A DNA stretch of 64,000 bases, from positions 1,327,085-1,391,084 of the forward strand of contig OY730442.1 in assembly GCA_963422685.1 (NCBI GenBank), written 5' to 3'. This document shows, one piece after another, positions 41,038 through 53,186 of this stretch (its first letter is position 1; every line of letters starts with the position of its first letter). The position numbers were made by a program, and so were the translations under genes. The notes under the pieces were generated by a model. That model made no database searches, was not told where the DNA came from, and saw nothing but the letters and a program-made list of their open reading frames with translations. This DNA comes from Arenicellales bacterium (GTDB lineage: Bacteria; Pseudomonadota; Gammaproteobacteria; Arenicellales; Poriferihabitantaceae).

Positions 41038-41463
41038 TTACACAATGGCATTGCGTTTTTGTTCAATTGCGGAGGCAAATTTTTGCCTGTCGATCACAAA
41101 TCGGTCGTGGCTTCCGGTAGATATGACATCAACGCCGTCGTGTCCCTGCACATTGAATCGCAAGCGGCGACCCGCAACTTCGACTAATTCCACCTGTGCC
41201 GTTACCGTAAACCCGCATGGCGTGGCCGCGGCATGGCTGACATTAATATGGGTGCCGACGGTTTGTTCCCCGGGCCAGTGCAGGTGAGGAATAACCGCTT
41301 TTAAACACGCCCACTCTAAAAACCCGACCATAAACCCGGTAGCGAATACTGCGGGCATCAGCAAAAATTCTGGCGCCTCGGGGTATAACGCCGGAACCAT
41401 CTTGGCTTCGGTCAGAGCAAACGAGTGCTCAAATTTGATCCCGGGCCGCAATGTGTCTTTCAT
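41038..41463 (-). CDS. hotdog-fold thioesterase
   Basis: 141 aa. FATGFMVGFLEWACLKAV...VGTHINVSHAAATPCG pattern of the small thioesterase family. Confidence 0.65.
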   Translation of the reverse strand: MKDTLRPGIKFEHSFALTEAKMVPALYPEAPEFLLMPAVFATGFMVGFLEWACLKAVIPHLHWPGEQTVGTHINVSHAAATPCGFTVTAQVELVEVAGRRLRFNVQGHDGVDVISTGSHDRFVIDRQKFASAIEQKRNAIV

Positions 41464-41561
41464 ATCTTCACCTCAAACAAGAATCAATTTTTAACGCCGC
41501 TACGCCACAGCGGTATGCGATTTGCATATTGCACTCAATGGAACATTCGGGAGCCGCTGCC

Positions 41562-42737
41562 TCACGAAAAGGCCGGTAATCCGGTCTGGGCACGCCCTAG
41601 AATTAATGTGTGCATGTCGTAGGTGCCTTCATAGGTGTTTACCGATTCGAGATTACACATATGCCGGATAACATGGAATTCGTCCGACACCCCGTTAGCG
41701 CCGTGCATATCCCGGGCCTGCCTGGCAATATCCAGGGCTTTTCCGCAATTATTACGCTTGATCAGCGAGATATTTTCCACCGCACAAACATCATTATCCA
41801 GCAAGCGCCCGACGCGCAGACAGGCCTGTAAGCCCAGCGTGATTTCCGTTTGCATATCCACCAGTTTTTTCTGAATCAACTGGGTATGCGCCAGCGGGCG
41901 ACCAAATTGCACCCGCTCCAGCGCATAATTCCGGGCCGCGTGCCAGCAAAACTCTGCCGACCCCATCACCCCCCAGGCGATGCCGTATCTGGCTTTATTC
42001 AAACAACCGAAAGGGCCGTTCAATCCGGCCGCGCCGGGCAAAATATGGTCTTCCGGCACAAATACATCCTGCATTATTATTTCACCGGTACGCGATGCGC
42101 GCAGACTCATCTTGCCCTGAATTTCCGGCGTACTCAGGCCGCACATACCGCGCTCAAGAATGAAACCGCGGATGATGCCGTCGAGTTTTCCCCAGACTAT
42201 GGCCATATCCGCAATCGGCGAATTGCTGATCCATGTCTTGCTGCCGTTTAATCGATATCCACCATCGACTTTATGCGCACGGGTTTTCATGCGGCCGGGG
42301 TCGGAACCATGGTCGGGTTCGGTCAGGCCGAAGCAGCCAATCAGCTTGCCTGCGGCCAATCCGGGGAGGTATTTGCGTTTCTGTGATTCGCTGCCATAAG
42401 CATATATGGGATGCATGACCAGGGACGATTGCACGCTCATTGCGGAGCGATAACCGCTGTCCACGCGCTCAACTTCTCTGGCAATCAACCCATAGCAGAC
42501 ATGATTGAGACCCGCGCAGCCGTATTGCGCCGGGATTGTGCTGCCCAGCATGCCGAGTTCACCAAACTGTTGCATGATGTCGGGAGCAAAATGTTCATTC
42601 CGGTTCGCCTGGACAATTCCCGGCATTAATTCGCTGCTGCAGAATTCCCGCACGCTGTCCCGCACCATGCGTTCTTCTTCGCCCAGTTGGGATTCCAGAT
42701 CAAACGGGTCCTGCCATTGAAACGGATGTGTTGCCAT
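41562..42737 (-). CDS. gcdH: glutaryl-CoA dehydrogenase
   Basis: [73 protein letters not shown]. Start set at ATG 42737. Confidence 0.85.
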   Translation of the reverse strand: MATHPFQWQDPFDLESQLGEEERMVRDSVREFCSSELMPGIVQANRNEHFAPDIMQQFGELGMLGSTIPAQYGCAGLNHVCYGLIAREVERVDSGYRSAMSVQSSLVMHPIYAYGSESQKRKYLPGLAAGKLIGCFGLTEPDHGSDPGRMKTRAHKVDGGYRLNGSKTWISNSPIADMAIVWGKLDGIIRGFILERGMCGLSTPEIQGKMSLRASRTGEIIMQDVFVPEDHILPGAAGLNGPFGCLNKARYGIAWGVMGSAEFCWHAARNYALERVQFGRPLAHTQLIQKKLVDMQTEITLGLQACLRVGRLLDNDVCAVENISLIKRNNCGKALDIARQARDMHGANGVSDEFHVIRHMCNLESVNTYEGTYDMHTLILGRAQTGLPAFS

Positions 42738-42759
42738 TATTGTTTCTCTGTTTAAAAAA

Positions 42760-44406
42760 TTAATTGTGTCGGGTTGTGCGCATATACCCAATCAGCAGCA
42801 TTGCAATACCGCCGAAAAACAGCGCCCAGCCAAGTGGCGGCATAGACCATAACTGCCGGGGGTCGGGCAGCATAATGAGCGAGGCCAGTATCAACCCCGC
42901 ACCGAATATTACTCTCAACGTTTTTTTATGCTGGCCGGCGAGCTGGTTTTTCAACGCCGCCACTTCGTTATCCCGGGTGCGCACTGTCAGTTCATCATTT
43001 TTCAATCGATACATAAGCTGATGCGCCAGCCCCGGCAATTCAGGTGCCAGTGTGAATAAATTCGGCAGTTCCTGTTTAATGGTTTTTAGCGCGGCGCGCG
43101 GGCCGATTTGCTGGTTCATCCATTTTTCCAGAAATGGCTTGGCGGTCTGCCACAAATCGAGCTGCGGGTATAGTTGTCGGCCCAGTCCTTCTATATTTAA
43201 CAGGGTTTTTTGCAGCAATACCAATTGGGGTTGAACCGGCATGTTAAATCGCCGCGCCACGCGAAACAAATCGATCAAAAACCCGCCGAAGGAAATCTCG
43301 CCGATGGGTCTGGAAAATATCGGTTCGCATACGGTTCGTATGGCGCCTTCAAAATCTTCTGCACTGGTTCCCGGCGGCACCCAGCCGGCCCGAAGATGCG
43401 CATCGGCCACACGCCGATAATCTCTGTTGAAAAACGCCAGCAGGTTTTCGGCCAGATAGCGTTTATCCGCCGTACTCAGAGTGCCCATGATGCCAAAGTC
43501 CACCGCGCGATACTGGCCCTGTTCGGAAACGAAGATATTCCCCGGGTGCATATCTGCATGAAAGAACCCGTCCCGAAAGGCCTGGGTAAAGAAAATTTCC
43601 ACTCCGGCGTGGGCGAGTTTCTGCATGTCCAGTCCGGTGGCCTTGAGTCGATCTATGTCACGAACAGGAATGCCGTAAACCCGTTCCATAACCAGCACTT
43701 TATGACAGGTATGCTGCCAATAGACCCTGGGCACATAAATCAGCGCCGAGTGCTGAAAATTGACTTTAAGCTGGCTGGCGCTGGCCGCTTCACGCATCAT
43801 GTCCAATTCGTCATGAATGGTTTTGTCGTAGTCAGCAACTATTTCCCGGGGCTTGCATCGTTTCCCCTGGGACCAGTACCGGTCCGTCAAATCGGCAAGG
43901 CCATGCAGTAATTCAAGATCCCGCTGGATAATTAATTCAATTCCGGGCCGCACAACTTTTACCACAACGTCGGTGCCGTCCAGCAACTGGGCATAGTGAA
44001 CCTGGGCCACGGAAGCCGAGGCGGTGGATTCTTTTTCAAACGTCTTGAAATGATCCTGTAATTTATTGCCATAAGCCTTTTCGATTACCCTGACCGCCTC
44101 ATCTCCTGAAAATGGCGGCACCTGGTCCTGGAGCTTGGCGAGGGATTCAGCGATGTCTGCCGGCAGCAGGTCCGGGCGGGTAGAAAGAACCTGTCCAAAC
44201 TTTACAAACACCGGGCCCAGTTCTTCCAATGCGGTGCGCAGCCGATCTCCCCTTGGCATACCCCGCTGCCTGCGCACCGGCATTAATTTGAACAGGAAGG
44301 CGTAAGGTCGAAACAAATGCAGCCCGGACACCATTTCATCCAGGCCGTGTCGGGTGAGAACCCAGGCAATTCTCAGAAAATGGAAAAAGTTTCTGGCCAT
44401 CTTCAA
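42760..44406 (-). CDS. ubiB: ubiquinone biosynthesis protein kinase-like UbiB
   Basis: 548 aa with [40 protein letters not shown], and C-terminal TM segments. Follows ubiE-ubiJ. Confidence 0.9.
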   Translation of the reverse strand: MKMARNFFHFLRIAWVLTRHGLDEMVSGLHLFRPYAFLFKLMPVRRQRGMPRGDRLRTALEELGPVFVKFGQVLSTRPDLLPADIAESLAKLQDQVPPFSGDEAVRVIEKAYGNKLQDHFKTFEKESTASASVAQVHYAQLLDGTDVVVKVVRPGIELIIQRDLELLHGLADLTDRYWSQGKRCKPREIVADYDKTIHDELDMMREAASASQLKVNFQHSALIYVPRVYWQHTCHKVLVMERVYGIPVRDIDRLKATGLDMQKLAHAGVEIFFTQAFRDGFFHADMHPGNIFVSEQGQYRAVDFGIMGTLSTADKRYLAENLLAFFNRDYRRVADAHLRAGWVPPGTSAEDFEGAIRTVCEPIFSRPIGEISFGGFLIDLFRVARRFNMPVQPQLVLLQKTLLNIEGLGRQLYPQLDLWQTAKPFLEKWMNQQIGPRAALKTIKQELPNLFTLAPELPGLAHQLMYRLKNDELTVRTRDNEVAALKNQLAGQHKKTLRVIFGAGLILASLIMLPDPRQLWSMPPLGWALFFGGIAMLLIGYMRTTRHN

Positions 44407-45011
44407 GCCGGAGTCAGCCGTTGTTTCAGTCTGACTATCCGCTGCGCCAGTCGGTCCACATCCGCACGAATTTCATCAACCGACTGTTCGAATCGTTCCA
44501 TCGCCAGGCCGGTCACCAATACCTGTTTTTCTTCCTGAAAATATTCAGCCGTGTTCTGCCTGGACAAATCCAGCGACTCAATCGCCCAGCGACTCAAACC
44601 CCGCGCAGCATTCCCCGCTTTCCGGGCGGGTGTATCGCCGATGTATCGGGACAATAACTCCTCCCAGTCAATATCCAACTGCGACAATCGTTGCTGAAAA
44701 GCCTGCCCGGTTTCGGTATCACCCCGCATATTTACCTGGCCGTCCGACACTACGCCGCTGCCCGACCCCACCATCCCGAGTTTCGCAAAAGCCATCGCTG
44801 ACCCGGTTAAGGTAACGTCTGCTTCGGCTGCATAGTTCTGCAAAATCTCCAGTTCGCCATTGGCCGGAACCAGAAACAGCGTGATGGGCGGCAGGGTAAT
44901 TTCCAGGCGCAGCACCTTGCCTTCGAGTTCCAGCAGTTTTTCTTTGCCGTCCGGGTCAAGCTCCAGCAAAACCCGGGAAGTGCGATTTAAAAATTTGAAT
45001 AGTATGTTCAT
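44403..45011 (-). CDS. ubiJ: SCP2-domain ubiquinone biosynthesis accessory factor UbiJ
   Basis: 202 aa. Located between ubiE and ubiB, overlapping ubiB by 4 nt. Confidence 0.7.
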   Translation of the reverse strand: MNILFKFLNRTSRVLLELDPDGKEKLLELEGKVLRLEITLPPITLFLVPANGELEILQNYAAEADVTLTGSAMAFAKLGMVGSGSGVVSDGQVNMRGDTETGQAFQQRLSQLDIDWEELLSRYIGDTPARKAGNAARGLSRWAIESLDLSRQNTAEYFQEEKQVLVTGLAMERFEQSVDEIRADVDRLAQRIVRLKQRLTPA

Positions 45012-45045
45012 GCCCGCAATGCAAAATCAGCCGGAATCGGATGGT

Positions 45046-45831
45046 CTAGTATTTGAAGCCCAGGTGCAGCGCCACAATTCCGGCGCTCAGGTTGTGATAT
45101 TTAACATCCTCGCAGCCTGCATCGCGCATCATCTGCCGCAATGTTTCCTGGTCCGGGTGCTTGTGTATGGATTCAACCAGATACCGGTAGCTTTGCTCAT
45201 CATGCGCCACCCGCCTGCCTATTTCCGGGATAACATGAAACGAATAATAGTCATAAATTTTATCGAGCATGGGAATCACCGGTTTTGAGAATTCCAGCAC
45301 CATCATCCGCCCGCCCGGCTTCAGCACCCGATACATCGACTCCAATGCGTTCTCCTTGCGGGTCACGTTGCGCAAACCAAAAGCGATGGCAACGCAATCG
45401 AACTGGTCATCCGCAAACCCGAGGTTTTCGGCATCGGCCAGTACATACTCCACATTGCCGACCAGACCCGAATTGATCATTTTTGTCTTGCCCAGCGCCA
45501 GCATATCCGCATTAACATCGGTGAGCACGCTTCTCCCGCCTGCTCCCACCTGCCGGGCAAACTGACGCGCCAGGTCGCCGCTGCCGCTGGCGACATCCAA
45601 TACCTGCCCGCCTGGCCTCAAACCGCTTTGGGAAACCACAAATCTCTTCCATAACCGATGTACGCCGAAGGACATGAAATCGTTCATGCGGTCATATTTC
45701 GATGCCACCGAGCTGAATACCTGCCCGACCAGTTTTTCCTTTTCGGATGCATTCACCAGACGAAAACCAAAATGTGTCTGCGGCTCAGTATCGGCCGGCC
45801 CTGATGCCCGGCCTTGCGGATTTTTATTCAT
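45046..45831 (-). CDS. ubiE: demethylmenaquinone/ubiquinone C-methyltransferase UbiE
   Basis: THFGFRLV...[48 protein letters not shown]. Confidence 0.92.
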   Translation of the reverse strand: MNKNPQGRASGPADTEPQTHFGFRLVNASEKEKLVGQVFSSVASKYDRMNDFMSFGVHRLWKRFVVSQSGLRPGGQVLDVASGSGDLARQFARQVGAGGRSVLTDVNADMLALGKTKMINSGLVGNVEYVLADAENLGFADDQFDCVAIAFGLRNVTRKENALESMYRVLKPGGRMMVLEFSKPVIPMLDKIYDYYSFHVIPEIGRRVAHDEQSYRYLVESIHKHPDQETLRQMMRDAGCEDVKYHNLSAGIVALHLGFKY

Positions 45832-45864
45832 TCAACCCAAACCAGGCGATTCAAATGCAGCAAA

Positions 45865-46227
45865 TCAGGCATCCAGTTTTCTGGAATGGCCCGCTTCATC
45901 CAGTCTTTGCGTATACCTGGCCCAGTTTTCCTGCTGGTGCCGACCCAGTTGATACAGGGTTTCCCAGGAAAAAATGCCGGTGTCGTGGCCGTCGTCGAAT
46001 ACCGGTTTGATGGCGTAATTCCCAACCGGCTCAATCGCATTGATGTTGACGTTTTCCTTGCCAATTTGCAGCACTTCCTGCCCGGGTCCATGACCCTTTA
46101 CTTCGGCAGACGGTGAATGCACTCGCAGGTATTCGCAGCTTAAATCGAATGATTCATGGTCAAATGTCACGGTCAAAATCCGCGTTCGACGATTCAGATT
46201 GATTTCGGTAGGAACGTGTTTACTCAT
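45865..46227 (-). CDS. DUF971 (gamma-butyrobetaine hydroxylase-like N-terminal domain) protein
   Basis: 120 aa with EYLRVHSPSAEV...NYAIKPVFDDGHDTGIFSWETLYQLG. Confidence 0.65.
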   Translation of the reverse strand: MSKHVPTEINLNRRTRILTVTFDHESFDLSCEYLRVHSPSAEVKGHGPGQEVLQIGKENVNINAIEPVGNYAIKPVFDDGHDTGIFSWETLYQLGRHQQENWARYTQRLDEAGHSRKLDA

Positions 46228-46367
46228 GATGGACGTGGATATATGGGCAGGGGAATGTAATGAATTCAGGGATTGGAAACAGAATTGTGCGCGGGTATTT
46301 TACGCCAATTCAGCACAGAGAATGTGCGCGGCGGCAAAACCCCGGCCGGTATTGCCGGTCGTGGTGT

Positions 46368-47705
<1,338 letters not shown>

Positions 47706-47736
47706 TTAATTAATTTGCTTCATTAGTTAAGTAAGT

Positions 47737-48804
47737 TAAGGAGCCTCTGAAAAGCGTCAAAAACAATTGATATTGATAATTGTTGATTGATATTCGAGAT
47801 TATCCTGTCTGCATTCAAGTTGGTTTACGTTTCCAGTGCCCATTTCCATCCGTATTTCCCTATTACAGGCGCACGCATTGTAGCGCCTGCAACTCTCTCC
47901 GGCACCAATACAGATTCGCCAGCGCAAATAGTGTAAAGAGCTGTGACGCATTTTTCTCGATTCCCCGGTAACGGGCTTTGGTATATCCCGAAAGGCAGGC
48001 TCCCCCTTCGCCCAGGTGCGATTGCTTTTACCGTTGAATAAGTGAGCCGCTGGGCTGAGCTGCCTGACCCGCCAGTCAATCCCTGATGCTTCCGCTTCAG
48101 CCCGCTTCTTATCATTCGCGCAGGCCTTGTCTCCATAAATCAACCACTCTCATCACTTGTGAGTCGTGTACCGACGCATCGGTCGCTACGATACGATGCA
48201 CGCAACCCTGGGTATCCGTCCAAAGTACCACTGATTCCCTTGCTTCGTCTGTTTCATTTCAGGGACTCGCTTCTTTTCCCGATGCTTCGTCGAACTCGCG
48301 GCGTTGATCATCGTGGCATCGACAATCGTCCCTGCGCTCACGATTAACTCATGCCGGCTGAGGTCACTTTCCACGACCTGAAAGCGTTTCGCACTCAACC
48401 CGTTTTGTTCCAGCCGATGTCGAAATCGGCAAATCGTGCTTTCATCGGGAACTGACGACAAGTCCATTCCGACCAACCAACGCATGGATTCGGTATCAGA
48501 CAGGCTGTCCTTTGCTGCACGGCGCTCAGACTATATCACTGCTGGAGAAAGTAAATACGCAGCATCAATTCAAGGGCAAACGCTGGCCTGCCGGTACAAC
48601 GCTTCGGATAGGCGCGTGACAGGTTTTATCAATAGCGTCCAGGGAATCATTCAATCCATTTCCTGAAGAAACCTTGCCCGACGGGTCACTTTCTTCTTAT
48701 GGGCATACTCAAAGTCTGCATAGCGCGATGGTTTCATGCCATTATCCGGCAAATTCAGCCCAACTATTTTAACTCTTTGATAGACCTTTTGCTGAAGCTC
48801 CTTA
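47737..48804 (-). mobile_element. IS5-family element, copy A (1068 bp, 22-bp imperfect IRs TAAGGAGCCTCTGAAAAGCGTC / TAAGGAGCTTCAGCAAAAGGTC), transposase disrupted
   Basis: Transposase pieces: FLQEMD*MIPW...; LELMLRIYFL; MRWLVGMDLSSVPDESTICRFRHRLEQNGL...GTIVDATMINAASSTKH...PEMKQTKQGNQWYFG; YGDKAC...; LFTLFALANLYW. At least 4 frame changes plus stops. Confidence 0.85.
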
Positions 48805-49375
48805 GTTAAACTCGAAATCAACATTTCGCCGAAAGCCGATGTAGCCAACGCCGCCTTGACGGATGCTCGCTTGATCGAATACGCCGATGTCGTGTTCAGA
48901 CTGAAGAGTGGAAAGGTGAATTGCGTCACAACCATGTCCTGCAACGAAGCCAATGCGGTGCCAGCGGCCGGTTTTCGCGCCAATGAATTGATCGTGTTCG
49001 CATTTGACAATCTCGGCGGGAGATCGCTGGAGGACGGTTTGTATGTGCTGGAGGCACGGTTGCAGGACGCCGAGTGCGCCGATGCCATGGTGCGCTTTGT
49101 GCGCGCCTCCATGCAAGGTTGGCGGTGGACGGAGGAGAATCAAGCCGAAACCGTTTCCATTGTCTTGTAAAACATGGGCGATCAGAGTCCACAGGTGCGC
49201 ATTCATCAAACCTGCATGATGGGCGAAATCGCCAAACTGAACGCCGGCTCCAACGGCGTGCTGGAAGCGCAGGATTACCAACGCGCCGTGGACATCTTGT
49301 TGGACGGGCGTGTTGAGTGAGACGCCGCAAAACGCTTGGACTTCCGACATCACCGACCACGCACATGTTTATGTG
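48805..49375 (+). pseudogene. C-terminal half of an NMT1/THI5-like (NitT/TauT-family) ABC substrate-binding protein, frameshifted
   Basis: TMSCNEANAVPAAGFRANELIVFAFDNLGGRSLEDGLYVLEARL...MVRFVRASMQGWRWTEENQAETVSIVL, then in other frames HQTCMMGEIAKLNAGSNGVLEAQDYQRAVDILLDGRV and PQNAWTSDITDHA. Starts directly at the inner end of IS copy A. Confidence 0.7.
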
Positions 49376-49554
49376 GACGACCGCTTCGGCCGCTTGCTCA
49401 CGGACATTGATGAGTGGGGCAAAACTTTCATGCTTACCCTGATTGATCCGCGTAGCGCCCTCGCGCATATCTGCTGGTGTTGTCGATGTTCATGCGCGAA
49501 TTCACCCGGTTGCATATCCTGGTGGTCGCCTCTTCGTTCGTCGCTATCGCCAAC

Positions 49555-50399
49555 GATTTATTCCTGCGGTTTGATTACGCGACTATATTCTGGACGATTT
49601 TTCTGATCATCCCAAATTTGTGGTATTTGACCTTTGCGAAAGTTCCCGATGGCATGGTAAAACTCACGCTGGAAAATGGATGGGCGATTTTGTGTGCAGG
49701 TGTATCCCAATTCGGTGCTGTATAACGACACTCAGGCGTTGCAAGCGGTAATTGCCAACGAAGTGCAAATGGCGGCGCCTTCCATGGGCAAACTGAAGCC
49801 GTATACGCAGGCGTTTCGTTTGTTCAATTTGTCGTTTTTATTTTCTGACACCGATGCCGCGTTCCGCTTCCAAAACACCCCCGATGGTCACAATCTGTTG
49901 CCTTCGGTTGAAGGTATAAGGGCTGATAGGGATGGGTGGGTTACTGGCTGAACGGCATGATGCAGATGAGCGCCGACAAACCGGTTTTGTTACCCGGTGA
50001 TGTCAAAGGACAGATCTTTCGTGTACGAAAAATCCGAAGTGCTGGCGGCGCAACCACAAAACAAAAAGCATTCAAGGATGTGTATAGGGCGCTGATAACC
50101 GGGGAAGTCAATGGACAGGAAAACACCTGGTCATACATTATATACCAAGCGGTTTTTTTGAGGCGCAAGACAGCATTATCGAAACCGATCATAGTTACCT
50201 CGGTTATGTGGTTCTATTCAGCGCAAAATTTTGGAATGCGCTGACCGACAAGGACCGTGCCGAATTACAGCAGATTTTTGACGAGGTAACCGCCGCACGC
50301 AATCATCTGGTGGAAAAAATCAATAATGGTTCCCGCCAAAAAGTCATTGATGCCGGCGGGATTGTGCACGCTTTGTCGAAGATGCAGCGTGCCGCCTAG
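49555..50399 (+). pseudogene. TRAP transporter DctP-type substrate-binding protein, at least 3 frameshifts
   Basis: VQVYPNSVLYNDTQALQAVIANEVQMAAPSMGKLKPYTQAFRLFNLSFLFSD; GYWLNGMMQMSADKPVLLPGDVKGQIFRV; VNGQENTWSYI; FSAKFWNALTDKDRAELQQIFDEV. The pieces are collinear but in different frames. Confidence 0.75.
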
Positions 50400-50493
50400 G
50401 TGCGAGCGGTACAGCCGGTTTGGGATCAGTATGGAGACCAAATCGACGCGGCTTTGAGCAAATCCGCGCAGTCAGCAAACCGGGAATAAGCGT

Positions 50494-50827
50494 ATGAGGA
50501 AAGGCATATTGCTACTGTGCGCGGCGGCTTGCATTGTCGCATTTGCGCAAACCGGCTCGCGCCGATGATAAAATCGTGCTGCAATTGAAATGGCCGCATC
50601 AAGCGCAGTTTGCCGGCTACTATGTCGCGCAGGAAAAAGGTTATTACGCCGACGAAGATTTGGAAGTAGAAATTCGCTCCGCCGGTCCAACCACCGACCC
50701 AACCATGATTGCCGCCGCTGGGGTGGCCGATGTCATCGTCGAGTGGATGCCGGCGGCTTTACGCGCGCGTATAAGGACGTCCCACTGATCAACATTGCGC
50801 AGCCGTTCAAGTATTTAGGGTTTGGGT
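50494..50827 (+). pseudogene. N-terminal part of an NMT1/THI5-like ABC substrate-binding protein, frameshifted and truncated by IS copy B
   Basis: MRKGILLLCAAACIVAFAQ (signal), DDKIVLQLKWPHQAQFAGYYVAQEKGYYADEDLEVEIRSAGP...VIVEWMPAAL, DVPLINIAQPFKYLG. Ends at the IS inner end. Confidence 0.75.
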
Positions 50828-51789
50828 TAAGGAGCTTCAGCAAAAGGTCTATCAAAGAGTTAAAATAGTTGGGCTGAATTTGCCGGATAATGGCATGAAA
50901 CCATCGCGCTATGCAGACTTTGAGTATGCCCATAAGAAGAAAGTGACCCGTCGGGCAAGGTTTCTTCAGGAAATGGATTGAATGATTCCCTGGACGCTAT
51001 TGATAAAACCTGTCACGCGCCTATCCGAAGCGTTGTACCGGCAGGCCAGCGTTTGCCCTTGAATTGATGCTGCGTATTTACTTTCTCCGGCAGTGGTATG
51101 GTCTGAGCGCCGTGCAGCAAAGGACAGCCTGTCTGATACCGAATCCATGCGTTGGTTGGTCGGAATGGACTTGTCGTCAGTTCCCGATGAAAGCACGATT
51201 TGCCGATTTCGACATCGGCTGGAACAAAACGGGTTGAGTGCGAAACGCTTTCAGGTCGTGGAAAGTGACCTCAGCCGGCATGAGTTAATCGTGAGCGCAG
51301 GGACGATTGTCGATGCCACGATGATCAACGCCGCGAGTTCGACGAAGCATCGGGAAAAGAAGCGAGTCCCTGAAATGAAACAGACGAAGCAAGGGAATCA
51401 GTGGTACTTTGGACGGATACCCAGGGTTGCGTGCATCGTATCGTAGCGACCGATGCGTCGGTACACGACTCACAAGTGATGAGAGTGGTTGATTTATGGA
51501 GACAAGGCCTGCGCGAATGATAAGAAGCGGGCTGAAGCGGAAGCATCAGGGATTGACTGGCGGGTCAGGCAGCTCAGCCCAGCGGCTCACTTATTCAACG
51601 GTAAAAGCAATCGCACCTGGGCGAAGGGGGAGCCTGCCTTTCGGGATATACCAAAGCCCGTTACCGGGGAATCGAGAAAAATGCGTCACAGCTCTTTACA
51701 CTATTTGCGCTGGCGAATCTGTATTGGTGCCGGAGAGAGTTACAGGCGCTACAATGCGTGCGTCTGGAAGAAGGAAATACGGATGGAAA
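50828..51789 (+). mobile_element. IS5-family element, copy B (inverted relative to copy A), outer ~105 bp replaced by the IS256-like element
   Basis: Near-identical to copy A with the same frame disruptions. Identity ends at GGAAATACGGATGGAAA, where the IS256-like IR begins. Confidence 0.85.
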
Positions 51790-52982
51790 GAGACTGTAAA
51801 TTTTACTGTGTAACTGTCCAGGTTAAATGTAGTCCGTCAAGCGGTCTTCAAACCCGATCATAAATCTATTCAGCGCCAGTTTCCAATTCCGGGTCGCCGC
51901 CTGGATCGCCAGATAGAGCACTTTCTTCGCCGAGTCGTCGGTCGGAAACAGCTTGCGTTTCCTGATCGCCTTTCGAATCACGCTGTTGAGCGACTCAATC
52001 GCATTGGTGGTATAGATCGCTTTGCGGATTTCTTCGGGGTAGTTGCTCCCGGTGGGTGCGCCAGCAGCGCTTCTTCCTCGGTGGCAGACTGGTAAATCTG
52101 TTTCAAATCAGCGCTGACTGCCTTGTAGTCTTTCCAGAATACCTACTGCAACGAATGGCGTACCCTGGGCACAATACAGCGCTGAACCCGAGTCTTCGGG
52201 AAAACGGTATGGATTGCATCAGGAAAGCCCTGGAGGCCATCAACACAGGCAATCAGAATGTCCCTGACGCCACGATTGTGGAGCTCTGTCAGCACAGTAA
52301 GCCAGAACCTGGCGCCCTCAATTTCCGCCAGCACAGCCACAGCAATTCCTTATGTCCTTCCAGATTGACGCCCAGGGACAAATAAACGGCTTTGTTGATG
52401 ACTCTCTTGTCCTGCCGGATTTTAACCACAATGCAGTCCAGGCAAACGATGGGATAGGGATTGCCATTCGACCACTTCGTTGATAACGGCATCGCTGATT
52501 CTGGAGATCAGGGTCGCGGAAACATCTGCATCGTACATTTCCTTGAATGTTGAGACCATTTCCCGGGTCGTCATGCCTTGGGCATACAGGAACAGAATTT
52601 TGTCATCCATCGACGTAAATCGCCGCTGATGCTTTTTAACCAACTGGGGCTGAAAACTACCAGCCCAGGCGCGCGGGGGGTTCAACTCGAACTGACCATC
52701 CTCGGTTTGCAGCAGCTTGCTGGTATAACCGTTGCGGCTATTTCCAGCATCAAATGACTCCTGCCTGGAGTATCCCAGGTGGTCGTCCAGTTCGGCATTC
52801 AGTGCCGTTTCGACCGTAATCCTGGTCAGTATCTGCCTGAACTCATTGAGATCATCCTCTGTTTTGATGTTTTCCGCGGCTGCCCTGGCAATCGCCTGTA
52901 GTTCTGTCTTCTTCCATAGTGCCTATCCTCTCCCATAGCCAAGGTTATAATAAACTGTTACACAGATTTTGTTACTCTCTCC
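51790..52982 (-). mobile_element. IS256-family element with a frameshifted, internally deleted transposase
   Basis: Imperfect IRs GAGACTGTAAATTTTACTGTGTAACTGT / GAGAGAGTAACAAAATCTGTGTAACAGT. Transposase pieces: ELQAIARAAAENIKTEDDLNEF...ALNAELDDHLGY; FQPQLVKKHQRRFTSMDDKILFLYAQGMTTREM; [25 protein letters not shown]; [32 protein letters not shown]; IRKAIYTTNAIESLNSVIRKAI. About 60 codons are missing after TEEEALLA. Confidence 0.85.
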
Positions 52983-53186
52983 AAAAATCAATCAGCAATT
53001 CGTGATAAGACCGGCAATGGATCGCCCAGGTGTTCAAGTGGATCCAATCGGCTTTGGTGGTCAAAAAACCCCGGTTGCTTTGCGTTACCTATTCATCTTT
53101 AGAGTGTATGGACTATTATCGCAGGATTGAGGGGGTTTAGAGATACCCTTGAGCTAATACATAACTCATGATTGTTATCAGATTGA

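Noticed and set aside
43210-43911. 233-aa ORF on the plus strand
   Set aside because: It is antisense to ubiB, which is full length with all kinase-like motifs. This is a shadow ORF. The same reasoning applies to 18831-19325, 19121-19585, 6178-6759, 33962-34231 and similar entries in the track.
47737-51789. Programmed ribosomal frameshifting in the IS5-like transposase, and an active composite transposon
   Set aside because: More than one frame change plus in-frame stops occur within the first ~100 codons, and all three frames are used. The cargo consists only of pseudogene fragments, and copy B lacks its outer IR. Decay is a better explanation than programmed recoding.
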